Positions 46,740-56,744 of a stretch of DNA of 64,000 nt are shown one piece after another. Where the stretch lies: NCBI GenBank assembly GCA_039802265.1, contig JBDRWI010000001.1, positions 1-64,000 of the forward strand. Direction: 5' to 3'. The DNA comes from a candidate division WOR-3 bacterium. Lineage in GTDB: Bacteria > Hydrothermota > Tepidihabitantia > SM23-42 > JAOAFX01. Every line of letters begins with the position of its first letter. Within the stretch, counting starts at the first letter, position 1. Under the pieces are notes generated by a model, which was not told the origin of the DNA, did not search any database, and saw only the letters and a program-made list of their open reading frames with translations. The translations under genes were made by a program, and so were the position numbers.

Positions 46740-48071
46740 ATGAAAAAGACAAAATTTGTCTGTCAGAATTGTGGTGCATACTCTTCCAAGTGGCTCGGTA
46801 GATGTCCGAACTGCAGTGAATTCAACACAATGGTAGAAGAGATTATAGAGGAGAAGAAAAGAGAGCCGGTAAAAGATATCAAACCCATCTTATTAGCCGA
46901 AGTCCCTTACCAGGAACAGACCAGACGCTCGGTGGGTATTACAGAACTTGACCGTGTTCTGGGAGGTGGTCTGGTTAAGGGGTCATTGATTTTACTCGGC
47001 GGTGATCCGGGGATTGGTAAATCAACCCTTATGCTACAAATTTCTGATTATCTCGCTCGCAACAACGGTGCCGTCTTTTATGTCAGCGGCGAAGAGTCAC
47101 CAGTTCAAATACGACTGCGCGCCGAGAGAATAAATGTCTCCGGAAAGGGAATCAAATTTCTTGCCGAAACCGAACTCGAGACAATTCTCAAAATCGCTGA
47201 AGAGGTAAAACCCGATTTGATGGTCATCGACTCAATCCAGACGATTTACAAATCAGAGATTTCTTCTGCACCCGGGAGTGTTGCCCAGGTGAGGGAGTGC
47301 GGCGGTGATTTGATGAGATTCGCCAAGGAGAGAGGAATTACCACAGTCATCATCGGACATGTTACAAAATTTGGCGTCATCGCCGGTCCAAAAACCTTAG
47401 AGCACATCGTTGATACAGTTTTATATTTTGAAGGAGAAAAAGAAGGGCAGTATCGCATCTTAAGGGCAATAAAAAACCGGTTTGGCTCAACCAATGAAAT
47501 TGGTGTATTTGAGATGACAGCAAACGGCTTAAAAGAGGTGAACAACCCTTCTTCAATATTTATCTCCGGCTGCGGTGCCCCGGGCTCGGCAATCGTATCA
47601 GTAATTGAAGGTTCAAGGCCAATTCTGGTTGAAGTTCAGGCACTAACCAGTCCGACTTTTTTTAATTACCCCCAGCGGATTACAACCGGGATAGATTATA
47701 AAAGACTTTCCATGCTCCTTGCCGTCTTAGAAAGGAGAGCCGGGATAAATCCCTATGGACTTGATTGCTTTGTCAATGTAGTGGGCGGAATAAAATTGTT
47801 TGAACCATCAAGCGATTTAGGCATTCTGCTGGCAATTGCCTCTTCAATAAAAAATAGACCGTTGAATAAAAATATGCTGGTGATTGGTGAAGTAGGACTC
47901 GGCGGTGAGGTACGCCCGGTGCATAGTATTGACCTGAGAATAAAAGAGGCGGAAAAACTGGGTATGAAAGTTGCACTGGTACCTACAAAGAATACCATTC
48001 CCAAAGATACCGGGATAGATATTGCCAGGGTTGGTGATGTAAAAGAGGCAATCGAAGTAGGTATTGGATAA
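46740..48071 (+). CDS. radA: DNA repair protein RadA/Sms
   Basis: CQNCG..CPNC zinc finger, GDPGIGKST and KNRFG. Confidence 0.97.
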   Translation: MKKTKFVCQNCGAYSSKWLGRCPNCSEFNTMVEEIIEEKKREPVKDIKPILLAEVPYQEQTRRSVGITELDRVLGGGLVKGSLILLGGDPGIGKSTLMLQISDYLARNNGAVFYVSGEESPVQIRLRAERINVSGKGIKFLAETELETILKIAEEVKPDLMVIDSIQTIYKSEISSAPGSVAQVRECGGDLMRFAKERGITTVIIGHVTKFGVIAGPKTLEHIVDTVLYFEGEKEGQYRILRAIKNRFGSTNEIGVFEMTANGLKEVNNPSSIFISGCGAPGSAIVSVIEGSRPILVEVQALTSPTFFNYPQRITTGIDYKRLSMLLAVLERRAGINPYGLDCFVNVVGGIKLFEPSSDLGILLAIASSIKNRPLNKNMLVIGEVGLGGEVRPVHSIDLRIKEAEKLGMKVALVPTKNTIPKDTGIDIARVGDVKEAIEVGIG

Positions 48072-48083
48072 GAGGGAGGTCTT

Positions 48084-48707
48084 ATGTTATTTTTCAGACG
48101 CGAGGAGAGGTATGTTCTTGATTCAGCAAGTATCATTGACGGTCGGGTTGTGAATCTGTTTGAAAAGAAATTTTTGGAAGGGAAGATAATCATTCCCTAT
48201 TTAGTCCGAATAATTGCCCGCAAACAGATAGGCAATGATGCCGAGCGGGTTTTAAACCAACTCAGAAAAATTACCCTCCTGGAGTTTGTTGAAAAGAATG
48301 TGGATGGTGTCTCTGAAGAAATCAGTGTCCTTAAACTTGCATCAAGGAGAAAGGCAAAGGTAATAACAACCTCGGATGAGTATAATCGTCATTTAAAATC
48401 CTTTCCCGATGTTCGGATTATAAACATCAAAGAACTACATTCACTATTAACCCCAATATTCAATCCCAACCGGATTATCAGTGTGTATATTAAGAAAAGA
48501 GGAATAAACTCCAATGAGGGAGTCGGGTATATTGAGGGTGTAAAGATTGTTGTAATGAATGGTGCAAAGTTCCTCAACCAGCGAATATGGGCAAGGGTTA
48601 TCTCAATGCTCCAATCGGATAGTGGTAATCTGGTATTTGCCGAGGCAGTTGCCGATCTAAAAGAAAAATCCATTAACACCGACAATCGCAAAAATGAATA
48701 TAACTGA
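48084..48707 (+). CDS. PIN/TRAM domain protein (YacL-like, lacking the membrane domain)
   Basis: VLDSASIIDGR and EGVGYIEGVKIVV..G motifs; follows radA. Confidence 0.75.
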   Translation: MLFFRREERYVLDSASIIDGRVVNLFEKKFLEGKIIIPYLVRIIARKQIGNDAERVLNQLRKITLLEFVEKNVDGVSEEISVLKLASRRKAKVITTSDEYNRHLKSFPDVRIINIKELHSLLTPIFNPNRIISVYIKKRGINSNEGVGYIEGVKIVVMNGAKFLNQRIWARVISMLQSDSGNLVFAEAVADLKEKSINTDNRKNEYN

Positions 48708-49716
48708 ACTTGACAGTCTCCTTGAACGCCTGACCAAAAGCTATGGAATTGGTTATTCAGGGGGTGTAAAATATGTAGTCCTTGATGAATTGAAAAGGAA
48801 AAAAATTTCCGGAGAAATAAGTAAAGATGGAAGTGTCTACGGATTTTTAAAGGGTATAAAGAAAACCGAAATAATGCTTTCTGCCCATCTTGACGAAATC
48901 GGCTTTATTGTGAGTTTAATTGAAGATAATGGATTCATTAGATTCCGTGATATGGACGGAGGTGATGTGCGGATTCTCCCCGGACAGGAGGTAATTATTC
49001 TGGGCAGTAGAGAAATTAAGGGATATATCGGCATTAAACCACCCCACCTGATGTCTAAGGAAGAAAAAGAAAAGGTCCTACCAATTGATAAACTCTTTAT
49101 TGACACCGGACTCAAACCCAAAGTTGTGAAAAAACTTGTTCATATCGGTGATGTTGTAGCATTCTTGGGAAAATACTGCAAACTTCAGAACGACCTGCGC
49201 AGTGCGAAATCTCTTGATAATCGGGCAAGTGTTGCCTGCTCTCTGGCAATAATTGATGAATTAATAAAACTCGGACCACCCTGTAATATTCATTTTGTCG
49301 CAACAAGTCAGGAGGAATTTACCGGACTCGGGGCAAGAATCTTTTCCTATAAATTGCCCCTTAATTATGCAGTGGTAATAGATGTAACCCACGGTGAACA
49401 CCCTGAATTAAGGGAAGAGGAATGCTTCCCATTAAATAAAGGACCGGTAATTGTCCGCGGACCGACCATTCCCCAGAGGCTATTTCGCCTCCTCATAGAA
49501 ACCGCAAAGGAACTGGAGATTCCCTATCAGGTAGAACCTGCACCAACCTGGACCGGAACTGATGCCGAGGCAATCGCCTTCAATAAGGAAGGGATCCCTA
49601 CCTGTGTCCTTGGAATTCCGTTAAGATATATGCATACACCGGTGGAGGTGGTCTCTTTAAAGGATATTGAGCGAACTGCAAGGCTGGTAGTAAATTTTAT
49701 TAAAAAAATCGCATAG
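48694..49716 (+). CDS. M42 family aminopeptidase
   Basis: AHLDEIG, LDNR, QEE, GTDA and RYMHTPVE motifs. Confidence 0.92.
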   Translation: MNITELDSLLERLTKSYGIGYSGGVKYVVLDELKRKKISGEISKDGSVYGFLKGIKKTEIMLSAHLDEIGFIVSLIEDNGFIRFRDMDGGDVRILPGQEVIILGSREIKGYIGIKPPHLMSKEEKEKVLPIDKLFIDTGLKPKVVKKLVHIGDVVAFLGKYCKLQNDLRSAKSLDNRASVACSLAIIDELIKLGPPCNIHFVATSQEEFTGLGARIFSYKLPLNYAVVIDVTHGEHPELREEECFPLNKGPVIVRGPTIPQRLFRLLIETAKELEIPYQVEPAPTWTGTDAEAIAFNKEGIPTCVLGIPLRYMHTPVEVVSLKDIERTARLVVNFIKKIA

Positions 49717-49719
49717 GTA

Positions 49720-49747
49720 TTGACCGGGCGAAGTTTTTGAGTATAAT
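49720..49747 (+). promoter_or_regulatory. promoter TTGACC-N16-TATAAT
   Basis: Followed by a ~100-nt leader and an AAGGAGG SD. Confidence 0.75.
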
Positions 49748-49855
49748 TACATAAAGCAAAACCTGAATATTTTTTGAAAAATGTGCCGCAGGGTGCCTTT
49801 AAACCCTTAAATAAAGCAGATAATTTGGGCTTATCGGTAAAGAAAGGAGGCAATT

Positions 49856-52800
49856 ATGCATTCATATAAAAAGCCCCTGTTATTAACAGTAGTCATGCTG
49901 AGCATCGTCTGGGCAGGTCCTTCAACTAAAAAGCAAGTAAGTGAGCCTGAAATAACATTACTCAGGCCAATGGAACTTGAATTAAGAACCCCTGCCCCGG
50001 TCTGGGATACAAATCGGGTCTGGCCCGGTGCCACTGCAAACCTCACAAGAAAAGTTGCGATTGGGAAGTATTTCAAGGGCGCATTGGATGACACCATCCG
50101 TCTGGTAACGGTCCAATCCGGTGGTACAAGGAATTTAGTCATTGCTACTGATACAATGAGCTCAAGTTTTGTAAAAAATGGCTTCCGAATTGAGACACCC
50201 TATGCCTTTGCCAGTGGTAGCACCCCCCATGCAGTTGCGGTTGGTGATGTGGATGGTGATGAGTATATTGATATACTGGCAGCCCAGTCTGCCACACCAT
50301 ACCGGCTATTCTGGTTTGAATGGGACACTGGTGCACTTAACTGGGTTGTGCGCGATTCATTGACTGTAAATAATGCAATCAATGACATTACATTCGGTGA
50401 TGGCGACAACAATGCAACAACCAGGGACTTCTACATCAATATCGCCCAGACCTCACCAAGTGCGGCAATTATGAGAATTTTCTGGACCGGCACTGCCTGG
50501 GATACCTTAAGGATTCTGCTCAGCGGCGGTGTCTCTTCACGGGGTGTTGCGGTTGGTGATATCCGACCAGAACTTGCCGGAAACGAAGTCTATGCAGTTG
50601 GTAGTTCAAGGATCTGGCAGGTCTATTTCAATGGTGTATCCTGGGATACCGCCACAATCACCAGTGGGGTAAGCGGTTCTTATGATGTGGTTGTGGGTGA
50701 TGTAAATCCGGTAAATTCGGGAAATGAACTCTGCGTCGTCCATGGCTCAACATCCTATCAGGTATCAATCTGGAACTGGACCGGTGCAAACTGGTCAGGA
50801 ATCCTCTGGGCATTCACATCAACCTGGGGAACATCGGATAATACACTTGAAATTGGTGATGTCCTGAAGGAAAATCCTGGTAATGAACTGGTCTTGATGA
50901 GTGGTGCCAGTACAACTGCACAGCCCAGGGTCTTCTGGTATGCACCGAGTGGCAATGCCTGGGTGAGCACCTTACCCAAGTCAGTTGGTTCACAGAGTGA
51001 CTATGGGGTGGCAATCGGTGATATAAATAGATTCCGCACATTCAATTCAGAATTTGTCCTTTCCGGTGGTGGCTCACTCGTTGAAGTAGAAGAGCACGAC
51101 TTCGTTGATGACATTGGTACCTACTGGATTAGAATGAAAAATCCAACCGCAATCATAAACCTCCCTGACACAATCACTGCGGTAATCTTCAATGCTGGTT
51201 CAAATCCCAAATCAAACTTTAATGTTGGCTATCGCTTCAAGAACAGTCCATTAACTGGCTCTTTCATCTATACTGGCACGCTCAATCCCGGTGCAATAGA
51301 TAGTATAAAATTTCCTGTCACGCTTGATTTTCTGGGAATGGATTCGCTATATGTATTTACCAGTCTTGCTGGGGATGCCTGGATATTGAATGATACAACA
51401 AGACTCCACCTTGAGGTATATGACGAAACCACAAAAGTTGCATCAACCTTCAATAATACTGCATTTCCACCTGCCAATGCCACAATCTCACCAATGATAA
51501 ATACACCCGATACCTGGTGGCGGACAATCCTGTCCGGTTCATACAACTGGGCAAGATATACCTCCGGTACCAATCCCACCTGCTCACCATATGAAGGCTA
51601 TGGGATGGCTGGTTATCCATCTTATAATGCATCTTCTGGCTCCCAGGCAAGGTTACGCACCCATCGGTTTAATATTGGTCCAACTCCTAAAAAGGTGATG
51701 CTCAGATTCTATATGTATCACGACCCGGGTTATTCCACAAATTCCGACTCCGTAATTATTGAATTTTCTTATAACGATACAACATACAATCGGGTTGCTG
51801 GATTCCATCGCTATAATGCGACTGCTGGCTGGTATTTGCATGATGTGGAAATTGGCGACTTTCCAGCAAATAAGGACCTCTATATTGGATTCAAGGCAAA
51901 CAGTGGCTATGGCAATAATATGTTCATTGACTCAGCAAGGGTATTTATTACCACACCAACCGCACCAGTGGTTGATGCGGGAATCCAGAACATTACACCA
52001 TTTGCCCCACCGATATTTGTTGGTGAGACACTCACCGTTCAGGTTCTGGTCCGTAATTATGGTCTGCAGACCCTTACTTCAACCCCGGTCTTTTATACCC
52101 TTGGTGGTGCGGATACGGTCTGGGAGAACTGGACCGGCTCACTGGAGATAAATGAAACTGCCCTTTACACATTCACCACGAATTTTATTCCAACAACTGC
52201 CGGTGAAGAAACCCTCTATGCCGGAACGAAATTGACCGGTGACCAAAATCCCGCAAATGATGTAGCAAGTTTGGTTTTTCTCGTCTGTCCTGAATACCAT
52301 ACCTTACCTTATACCAAGAACTTTGATGAGGCGTGGACAAATTCAACAAACCCACCCTTCTGTGGCTGGACAATTGTTGATGGTGGTACCCAATCACCAC
52401 CGGTGATAGACAATAATGACTGGCATCGTTATGTAAGCAGTTCTCCCGCAAGAACAGTTGCCCGAGTCTACTACTCACCTGTTGAATGGACCGATGACTG
52501 GCTCATCTCACCGAGGTTTGATTGTTCTCAATTGGGATATTATACACTCTCATACTGGCACTGGTATGATGACTACACAACAAATTCCCCTGATTCGGGA
52601 AGAGTTCTTCTGAGCACCGACGGTGGCGCAAACTGGCAGACCGTTGCAATCTATTCCAATGCCGATGACTCCGGTTATAAGTCAATTGATGTCAGTTCCC
52701 TGGCAATGGGTCATAATAATGTAAAGATTGCCTTCCATTATGTGGCATATAATGAATGGCGCTGGTATATTGATGACTTTTTATTTGACTTTGCGCCGGA

Positions 52801-54550
52801 TACAATTCCACCGACAATCACCTTTGTTCAAGAGCCCCAGAATACCTATCAGACCGGTCCCTATATTGTCCGGGCAAGAATCAACGACATCACTGGAATT
52901 GGGGCGGATTCACTCTATTATATTGTAAATGATGTAATTACTGCCATTCCCCATACTGCCATCTCAGGCGATACATTCACATTTGAAATCCCCGGACAGA
53001 CACCAGGAACAGAAGTTGAATACTTCGTCATTGCCCGTGATAATCTCGCAAACAGGGCATATACCAGCACACATAGATTCTGGGTTCTATCACCACTGGC
53101 TCCCACTGACCTCGTTGTTACTGGTCAAGCTGATTCCACAGTCCGGCTTGACTGGTTACCACCGGCTGAGGAAATTTCTTATTATAGTGGCGTCAACTAC
53201 TACTGGTATGGTTGGCTTGCTGGTGACGCAATTGCTACTCAATATACGCCCCAGTATTACCCATGCAAATTAGAAGCAGCTGCCTTATTGTTCTACCAGT
53301 ATTCGGATACAATAGAGTTCCATATCTGGGCAGATGATGGAAATGGTAATCCGGGAACAAGCCTCTTTGTTGATACAATCATAATCTCCCAGCTCTATCC
53401 CAATTTTGAGGTCATTGACCTATCCCAGGCGAATATTACAATAAATTCAGGCAGTTTCCATGTTGGCTTTATATGGCTCGGTGATGATACTCCTTATCCA
53501 ATGTCTGATAATGGTTCAAATACTACACGCAGCAAATATTATGATGGTACAGACTGGTATCCAGCAGGTTATGACTGGGTGATGTCAGCTTATGTTTCAT
53601 ATCTCCCCGGGGCAAAAAGAACGGTCGGTCAACCAAAACTCTTGGCTTCTGGTACTAAAGTATCTTTAAGAAAGTTGCACAGGAAACCGATAAGCGATAA
53701 AGAAAATTTCTCAAGTAACCTTTCGGCAGAAATACTCGGTATCTCCAACTTCTCAATTGAACGCGGCACGACTCAAGGTGGACCTTATACCCAGATTGGA
53801 ACAACCACCAGCAGTTTCTTTATTGATACAACAGTTGTGAATGAAAACCGATACTACTATGTTGTTAAGGCAATCTATACCCAGCCCGATACTGTTTCTT
53901 ATTACTCAAATGAAGTGAATATTGGCGTTGATTTTGCTGGTCCACTCTATAATAATACAACCTTTGACTCAATGGCAGCTGGACCCTGGGTTGTCTCAAC
54001 CGAAATCACCGACTGGATTGGTCTTGCCTATGACTCCCTTGCCTACCGCACCGATGGTGGTTCATTCTCTTATATTACAAGTGACAGTATTGCCGGCGAT
54101 ATCTACTACTACACCATCCCTGACTTCCCAGCGGGAACACTCATTGAATTCTACCTCTTTAGCCAGGACACATCATGGTGGCAGAATATAGGTAGAGACC
54201 CGGCAAGCGGTTATTATGCATTTACCTCCCATACCGGTATTGCGGATTCCAAGACCGCTAAACCAATCCCCAGGTTTGTATTCTTAAATCAGTGCCAGCC
54301 CAATCCATTTGATAGAACAACCCGGATAAACTACGGAATTCCGAAGCAGATGCATGTAAATATCTCTATCTACAATGCGATTGGACAGTTGACAAAGACC
54401 TTGATTGATGGCGAGTTGGAACCCGGTTATTACTCAATCCTCTGGGATGGCAGAGACCAGAAGGGCAGACAACTGGCAAATGGTATTTACTTTGTGCGCT
54501 TGTCTACTCCAGATAAGAAATTCATAAAGAAGGCGGTCTTACTCCACTGA
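49856..54550 (+). CDS. large secreted surface protein (FG-GAP-like propeller, CARDB/Ig, cleaved-adhesin-like, FN3, T9SS/FlgD-like CTD)
   Basis: VAVGDVDGD-type repeats, GDQNPAND, DDWLISP, APTDL..LDW, and PNPF..IYNAIGQ..WDGRD..GIYF. Confidence 0.85.
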   Translation: MHSYKKPLLLTVVMLSIVWAGPSTKKQVSEPEITLLRPMELELRTPAPVWDTNRVWPGATANLTRKVAIGKYFKGALDDTIRLVTVQSGGTRNLVIATDTMSSSFVKNGFRIETPYAFASGSTPHAVAVGDVDGDEYIDILAAQSATPYRLFWFEWDTGALNWVVRDSLTVNNAINDITFGDGDNNATTRDFYINIAQTSPSAAIMRIFWTGTAWDTLRILLSGGVSSRGVAVGDIRPELAGNEVYAVGSSRIWQVYFNGVSWDTATITSGVSGSYDVVVGDVNPVNSGNELCVVHGSTSYQVSIWNWTGANWSGILWAFTSTWGTSDNTLEIGDVLKENPGNELVLMSGASTTAQPRVFWYAPSGNAWVSTLPKSVGSQSDYGVAIGDINRFRTFNSEFVLSGGGSLVEVEEHDFVDDIGTYWIRMKNPTAIINLPDTITAVIFNAGSNPKSNFNVGYRFKNSPLTGSFIYTGTLNPGAIDSIKFPVTLDFLGMDSLYVFTSLAGDAWILNDTTRLHLEVYDETTKVASTFNNTAFPPANATISPMINTPDTWWRTILSGSYNWARYTSGTNPTCSPYEGYGMAGYPSYNASSGSQARLRTHRFNIGPTPKKVMLRFYMYHDPGYSTNSDSVIIEFSYNDTTYNRVAGFHRYNATAGWYLHDVEIGDFPANKDLYIGFKANSGYGNNMFIDSARVFITTPTAPVVDAGIQNITPFAPPIFVGETLTVQVLVRNYGLQTLTSTPVFYTLGGADTVWENWTGSLEINETALYTFTTNFIPTTAGEETLYAGTKLTGDQNPANDVASLVFLVCPEYHTLPYTKNFDEAWTNSTNPPFCGWTIVDGGTQSPPVIDNNDWHRYVSSSPARTVARVYYSPVEWTDDWLISPRFDCSQLGYYTLSYWHWYDDYTTNSPDSGRVLLSTDGGANWQTVAIYSNADDSGYKSIDVSSLAMGHNNVKIAFHYVAYNEWRWYIDDFLFDFAPDTIPPTITFVQEPQNTYQTGPYIVRARINDITGIGADSLYYIVNDVITAIPHTAISGDTFTFEIPGQTPGTEVEYFVIARDNLANRAYTSTHRFWVLSPLAPTDLVVTGQADSTVRLDWLPPAEEISYYSGVNYYWYGWLAGDAIATQYTPQYYPCKLEAAALLFYQYSDTIEFHIWADDGNGNPGTSLFVDTIIISQLYPNFEVIDLSQANITINSGSFHVGFIWLGDDTPYPMSDNGSNTTRSKYYDGTDWYPAGYDWVMSAYVSYLPGAKRTVGQPKLLASGTKVSLRKLHRKPISDKENFSSNLSAEILGISNFSIERGTTQGGPYTQIGTTTSSFFIDTTVVNENRYYYVVKAIYTQPDTVSYYSNEVNIGVDFAGPLYNNTTFDSMAAGPWVVSTEITDWIGLAYDSLAYRTDGGSFSYITSDSIAGDIYYYTIPDFPAGTLIEFYLFSQDTSWWQNIGRDPASGYYAFTSHTGIADSKTAKPIPRFVFLNQCQPNPFDRTTRINYGIPKQMHVNISIYNAIGQLTKTLIDGELEPGYYSILWDGRDQKGRQLANGIYFVRLSTPDKKFIKKAVLLH

Positions 54551-54564
54551 ACTCAGTCTGGTAG

Positions 54565-54603
54565 AAAAGGGAGGGGGGAATATATTCCCCCCTCCCTTTT
54601 ATT
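54565..54603 (+). terminator. Rho-independent terminator (perfect 36-bp palindrome)
   Basis: AAAAGGGAGGGGGGAATA|TATTCCCCCCTCCCTTTT, starting 14 nt after the stop codon. Confidence 0.9.
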
Positions 54604-54651
54604 ATTATCCAACCGCATTGAAAATACTATAAATTTAAATATAATCAAGTA

Positions 54652-55602
54652 ATGAAATTACCCCGGCCACTAAAGATTACCTCCAGGACACCGATAGAAG
54701 AATTACCCGGTATATTGGAAAAGACAAAACTTTTTATTAAGCGGGATGACCTGAATGGCCTTTTGATTTCAGGCAATAAGGCAAGGAAACTTGAATATCT
54801 TATTGCTGATGCAAAAAATAAAAGTTGTGATACGATTATTACCTGCGGACCAGTGCAGTCCAATCACTGCCGGACAACCGCTGCATTTGCAAGGATATTT
54901 GGTCTTGAATGCCACTTACTTCTGCGCAAGAAAGGGCAAGCAGAATATACCGGTAATCTGTTGCTTGATACTCTGTTAGGGGCAAAGATAAAGTTTATTA
55001 CACCAAAGGAGTATCAAAACCGAATGGCGGTGATGACTGATTATGCACGAAGATTAAGGGACAAAAAGACATATATAATTCCCGAGGGCGGTTCAAATGA
55101 AATCGGTGCCCTGGGTTATGTAGATTGTATGAAAGAGATGGCAAAATTTATCAAAAAAGAAAGAATAGATGCGGTGTATTGTGCGGTTGGTTCAGGTGGC
55201 ACCTATGCGGGTTTATTACTGGGAAAGAAATTACTTAAATTGAATATTGATTTGAATGGCGTGATTATCTGTGATACGGTGGAGTATTTTACGAATAAAA
55301 TTTCGGAAATCTGTAATAATGCAATAAAGAGATTCAAACTAAAAACGGAAATTAAAAATTCTGAAATCACACTGATTGATGGTTTTGTAGGAAAAGGTTA
55401 TGGCATCCCCTATCCTGAGGAGATTGAGACGATAAAATATCTTGCCCGAAAGGGGATTATCCTTGAGCCGGTCTATACCGGTAAGGCATTCTATGGAATG
55501 ATTGAGGATTTAAAAGAAAGAAAATATAAAAAAGTTATCTTTCTTCATACCGGTGGGATCTTCAGCATCTTTGCCTACTGGCGTAATTTTTTGGAATTTT
55601 AA
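54652..55602 (+). CDS. D-cysteine desulfhydrase / ACC deaminase family PLP enzyme
   Basis: KRDD, SGNKARKL, QSNH, GSGGT and EPVYTGK motifs; leaderless promoter TTGAAA-N16-TATAAT at 54618-54645. Confidence 0.92.
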   Translation: MKLPRPLKITSRTPIEELPGILEKTKLFIKRDDLNGLLISGNKARKLEYLIADAKNKSCDTIITCGPVQSNHCRTTAAFARIFGLECHLLLRKKGQAEYTGNLLLDTLLGAKIKFITPKEYQNRMAVMTDYARRLRDKKTYIIPEGGSNEIGALGYVDCMKEMAKFIKKERIDAVYCAVGSGGTYAGLLLGKKLLKLNIDLNGVIICDTVEYFTNKISEICNNAIKRFKLKTEIKNSEITLIDGFVGKGYGIPYPEEIETIKYLARKGIILEPVYTGKAFYGMIEDLKERKYKKVIFLHTGGIFSIFAYWRNFLEF

Positions 55603-55764
55603 TTTCCTTTTGCACAGAAATGAACCTATTTGTAAATTTTTCAGGGTGCGGCTTTATATACCGAGAAAAGTGTGGGCGGCGTGGATTCTTGGCGTAAACA
55701 GAATCTCAAACTACCATAAGGCATCAAAGATTCTTCCCTTCGCTAATGCTCTATTTTGAAAAGA

Positions 55765-56697
55765 TTACCTTTTCATTCTCACCAGGGCGGTCTTGAGCAT
55801 TTCAAATATTAACTCATCATAACTCAAGCCTATTGCCCTTGCCTCAAGGGGAAGGTTTGATTCAGTCAATAACCCGGGAATGGTATTCACCTCAAGGACA
55901 TAAGGGTTATGTTCAAGGTCAAAGACAAAGTCAACCCGGGAAAATCCATAGGCACCGATAGCCTGGTGTGCGGCAAGTGCCAGATTCTGGGTCTTTTTAT
56001 ACTGTTCTTCAGGAAGTCTGGCAGGAATGATATATTCGGTCATTCCCTTGGTATATTTTGATTTATAATCATAAAATTTCCTCTTTTTCGGTGCGATTTC
56101 CAGAACCGGTAGCGGAACCTCATTGAGAATACCACAGGTTGCCATAATTCCCGGTATATATTTTTCAAAAAATAGGTCAGGATATCGCCTTTTTATAGAA
56201 TTGATGCCCTTTATTAAGTCTGCCTTTGTCTCAACAATTATGACACCGACACTTGAACCCTCAGCCCTTGGTTTGATTACCAATGGTAGACCGAGTTTTT
56301 CTATAACTTTATCAATGTCAATCTCTTTTTCGTAATAGTATTCTGGGGTCGGAATTCCCTTACCAATGAAGATAGACTTTGATACAATCTTATCCATTCC
56401 AATTGCCGAGCCGATAATCCCGGAACCGGTATAAGGAATTCCATAGAATTCCAGGATTGCCTGGACTGTGCCATCCTCACCGAATTTCCCGTGGAGGGCA
56501 ATAAAGGCGATATCAATATTCTTTAACTTTTTTATAAAATTCCTATCAACATCAATCTCTTTTACTGAAAATCCCTGTTTTTTTAATGATTCAGCCACAC
56601 ATCTTCCAGAGTTGATAGAAATTGCCCGCTCACTTGACCAGCCACCGTAAAGGACACCGATTCTCTTCTTTAACAGCAGATTCCGTTCTTTATCCAT
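55765..56697 (-). CDS. ddl: D-alanine--D-alanine ligase
   Basis: GGWSSER, LHGKFGEDG, GSSVG, YDYKSKY and EVNTIPG motifs; own promoter TTGACA-N16-TATCAT at 56733-56706. Confidence 0.96.
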   Translation of the reverse strand: MDKERNLLLKKRIGVLYGGWSSERAISINSGRCVAESLKKQGFSVKEIDVDRNFIKKLKNIDIAFIALHGKFGEDGTVQAILEFYGIPYTGSGIIGSAIGMDKIVSKSIFIGKGIPTPEYYYEKEIDIDKVIEKLGLPLVIKPRAEGSSVGVIIVETKADLIKGINSIKRRYPDLFFEKYIPGIMATCGILNEVPLPVLEIAPKKRKFYDYKSKYTKGMTEYIIPARLPEEQYKKTQNLALAAHQAIGAYGFSRVDFVFDLEHNPYVLEVNTIPGLLTESNLPLEARAIGLSYDELIFEMLKTALVRMKR

Positions 56698-56744
56698 ACC
56701 ATTTAATGATAATTAAAATAATTCCCTTGTCAACCTTTTATACT

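Noticed and set aside
54565..54600. Perfect 36-bp palindrome as a recombination or mobile-element site
   Set aside because: Its position right after a stop codon, with A/T tails, is fully explained by an intrinsic terminator.
55603..55764. Small gene or ncRNA in the convergent gap before ddl
   Set aside because: Only short ORFs without convincing signals, and no promoter/terminator pair found.
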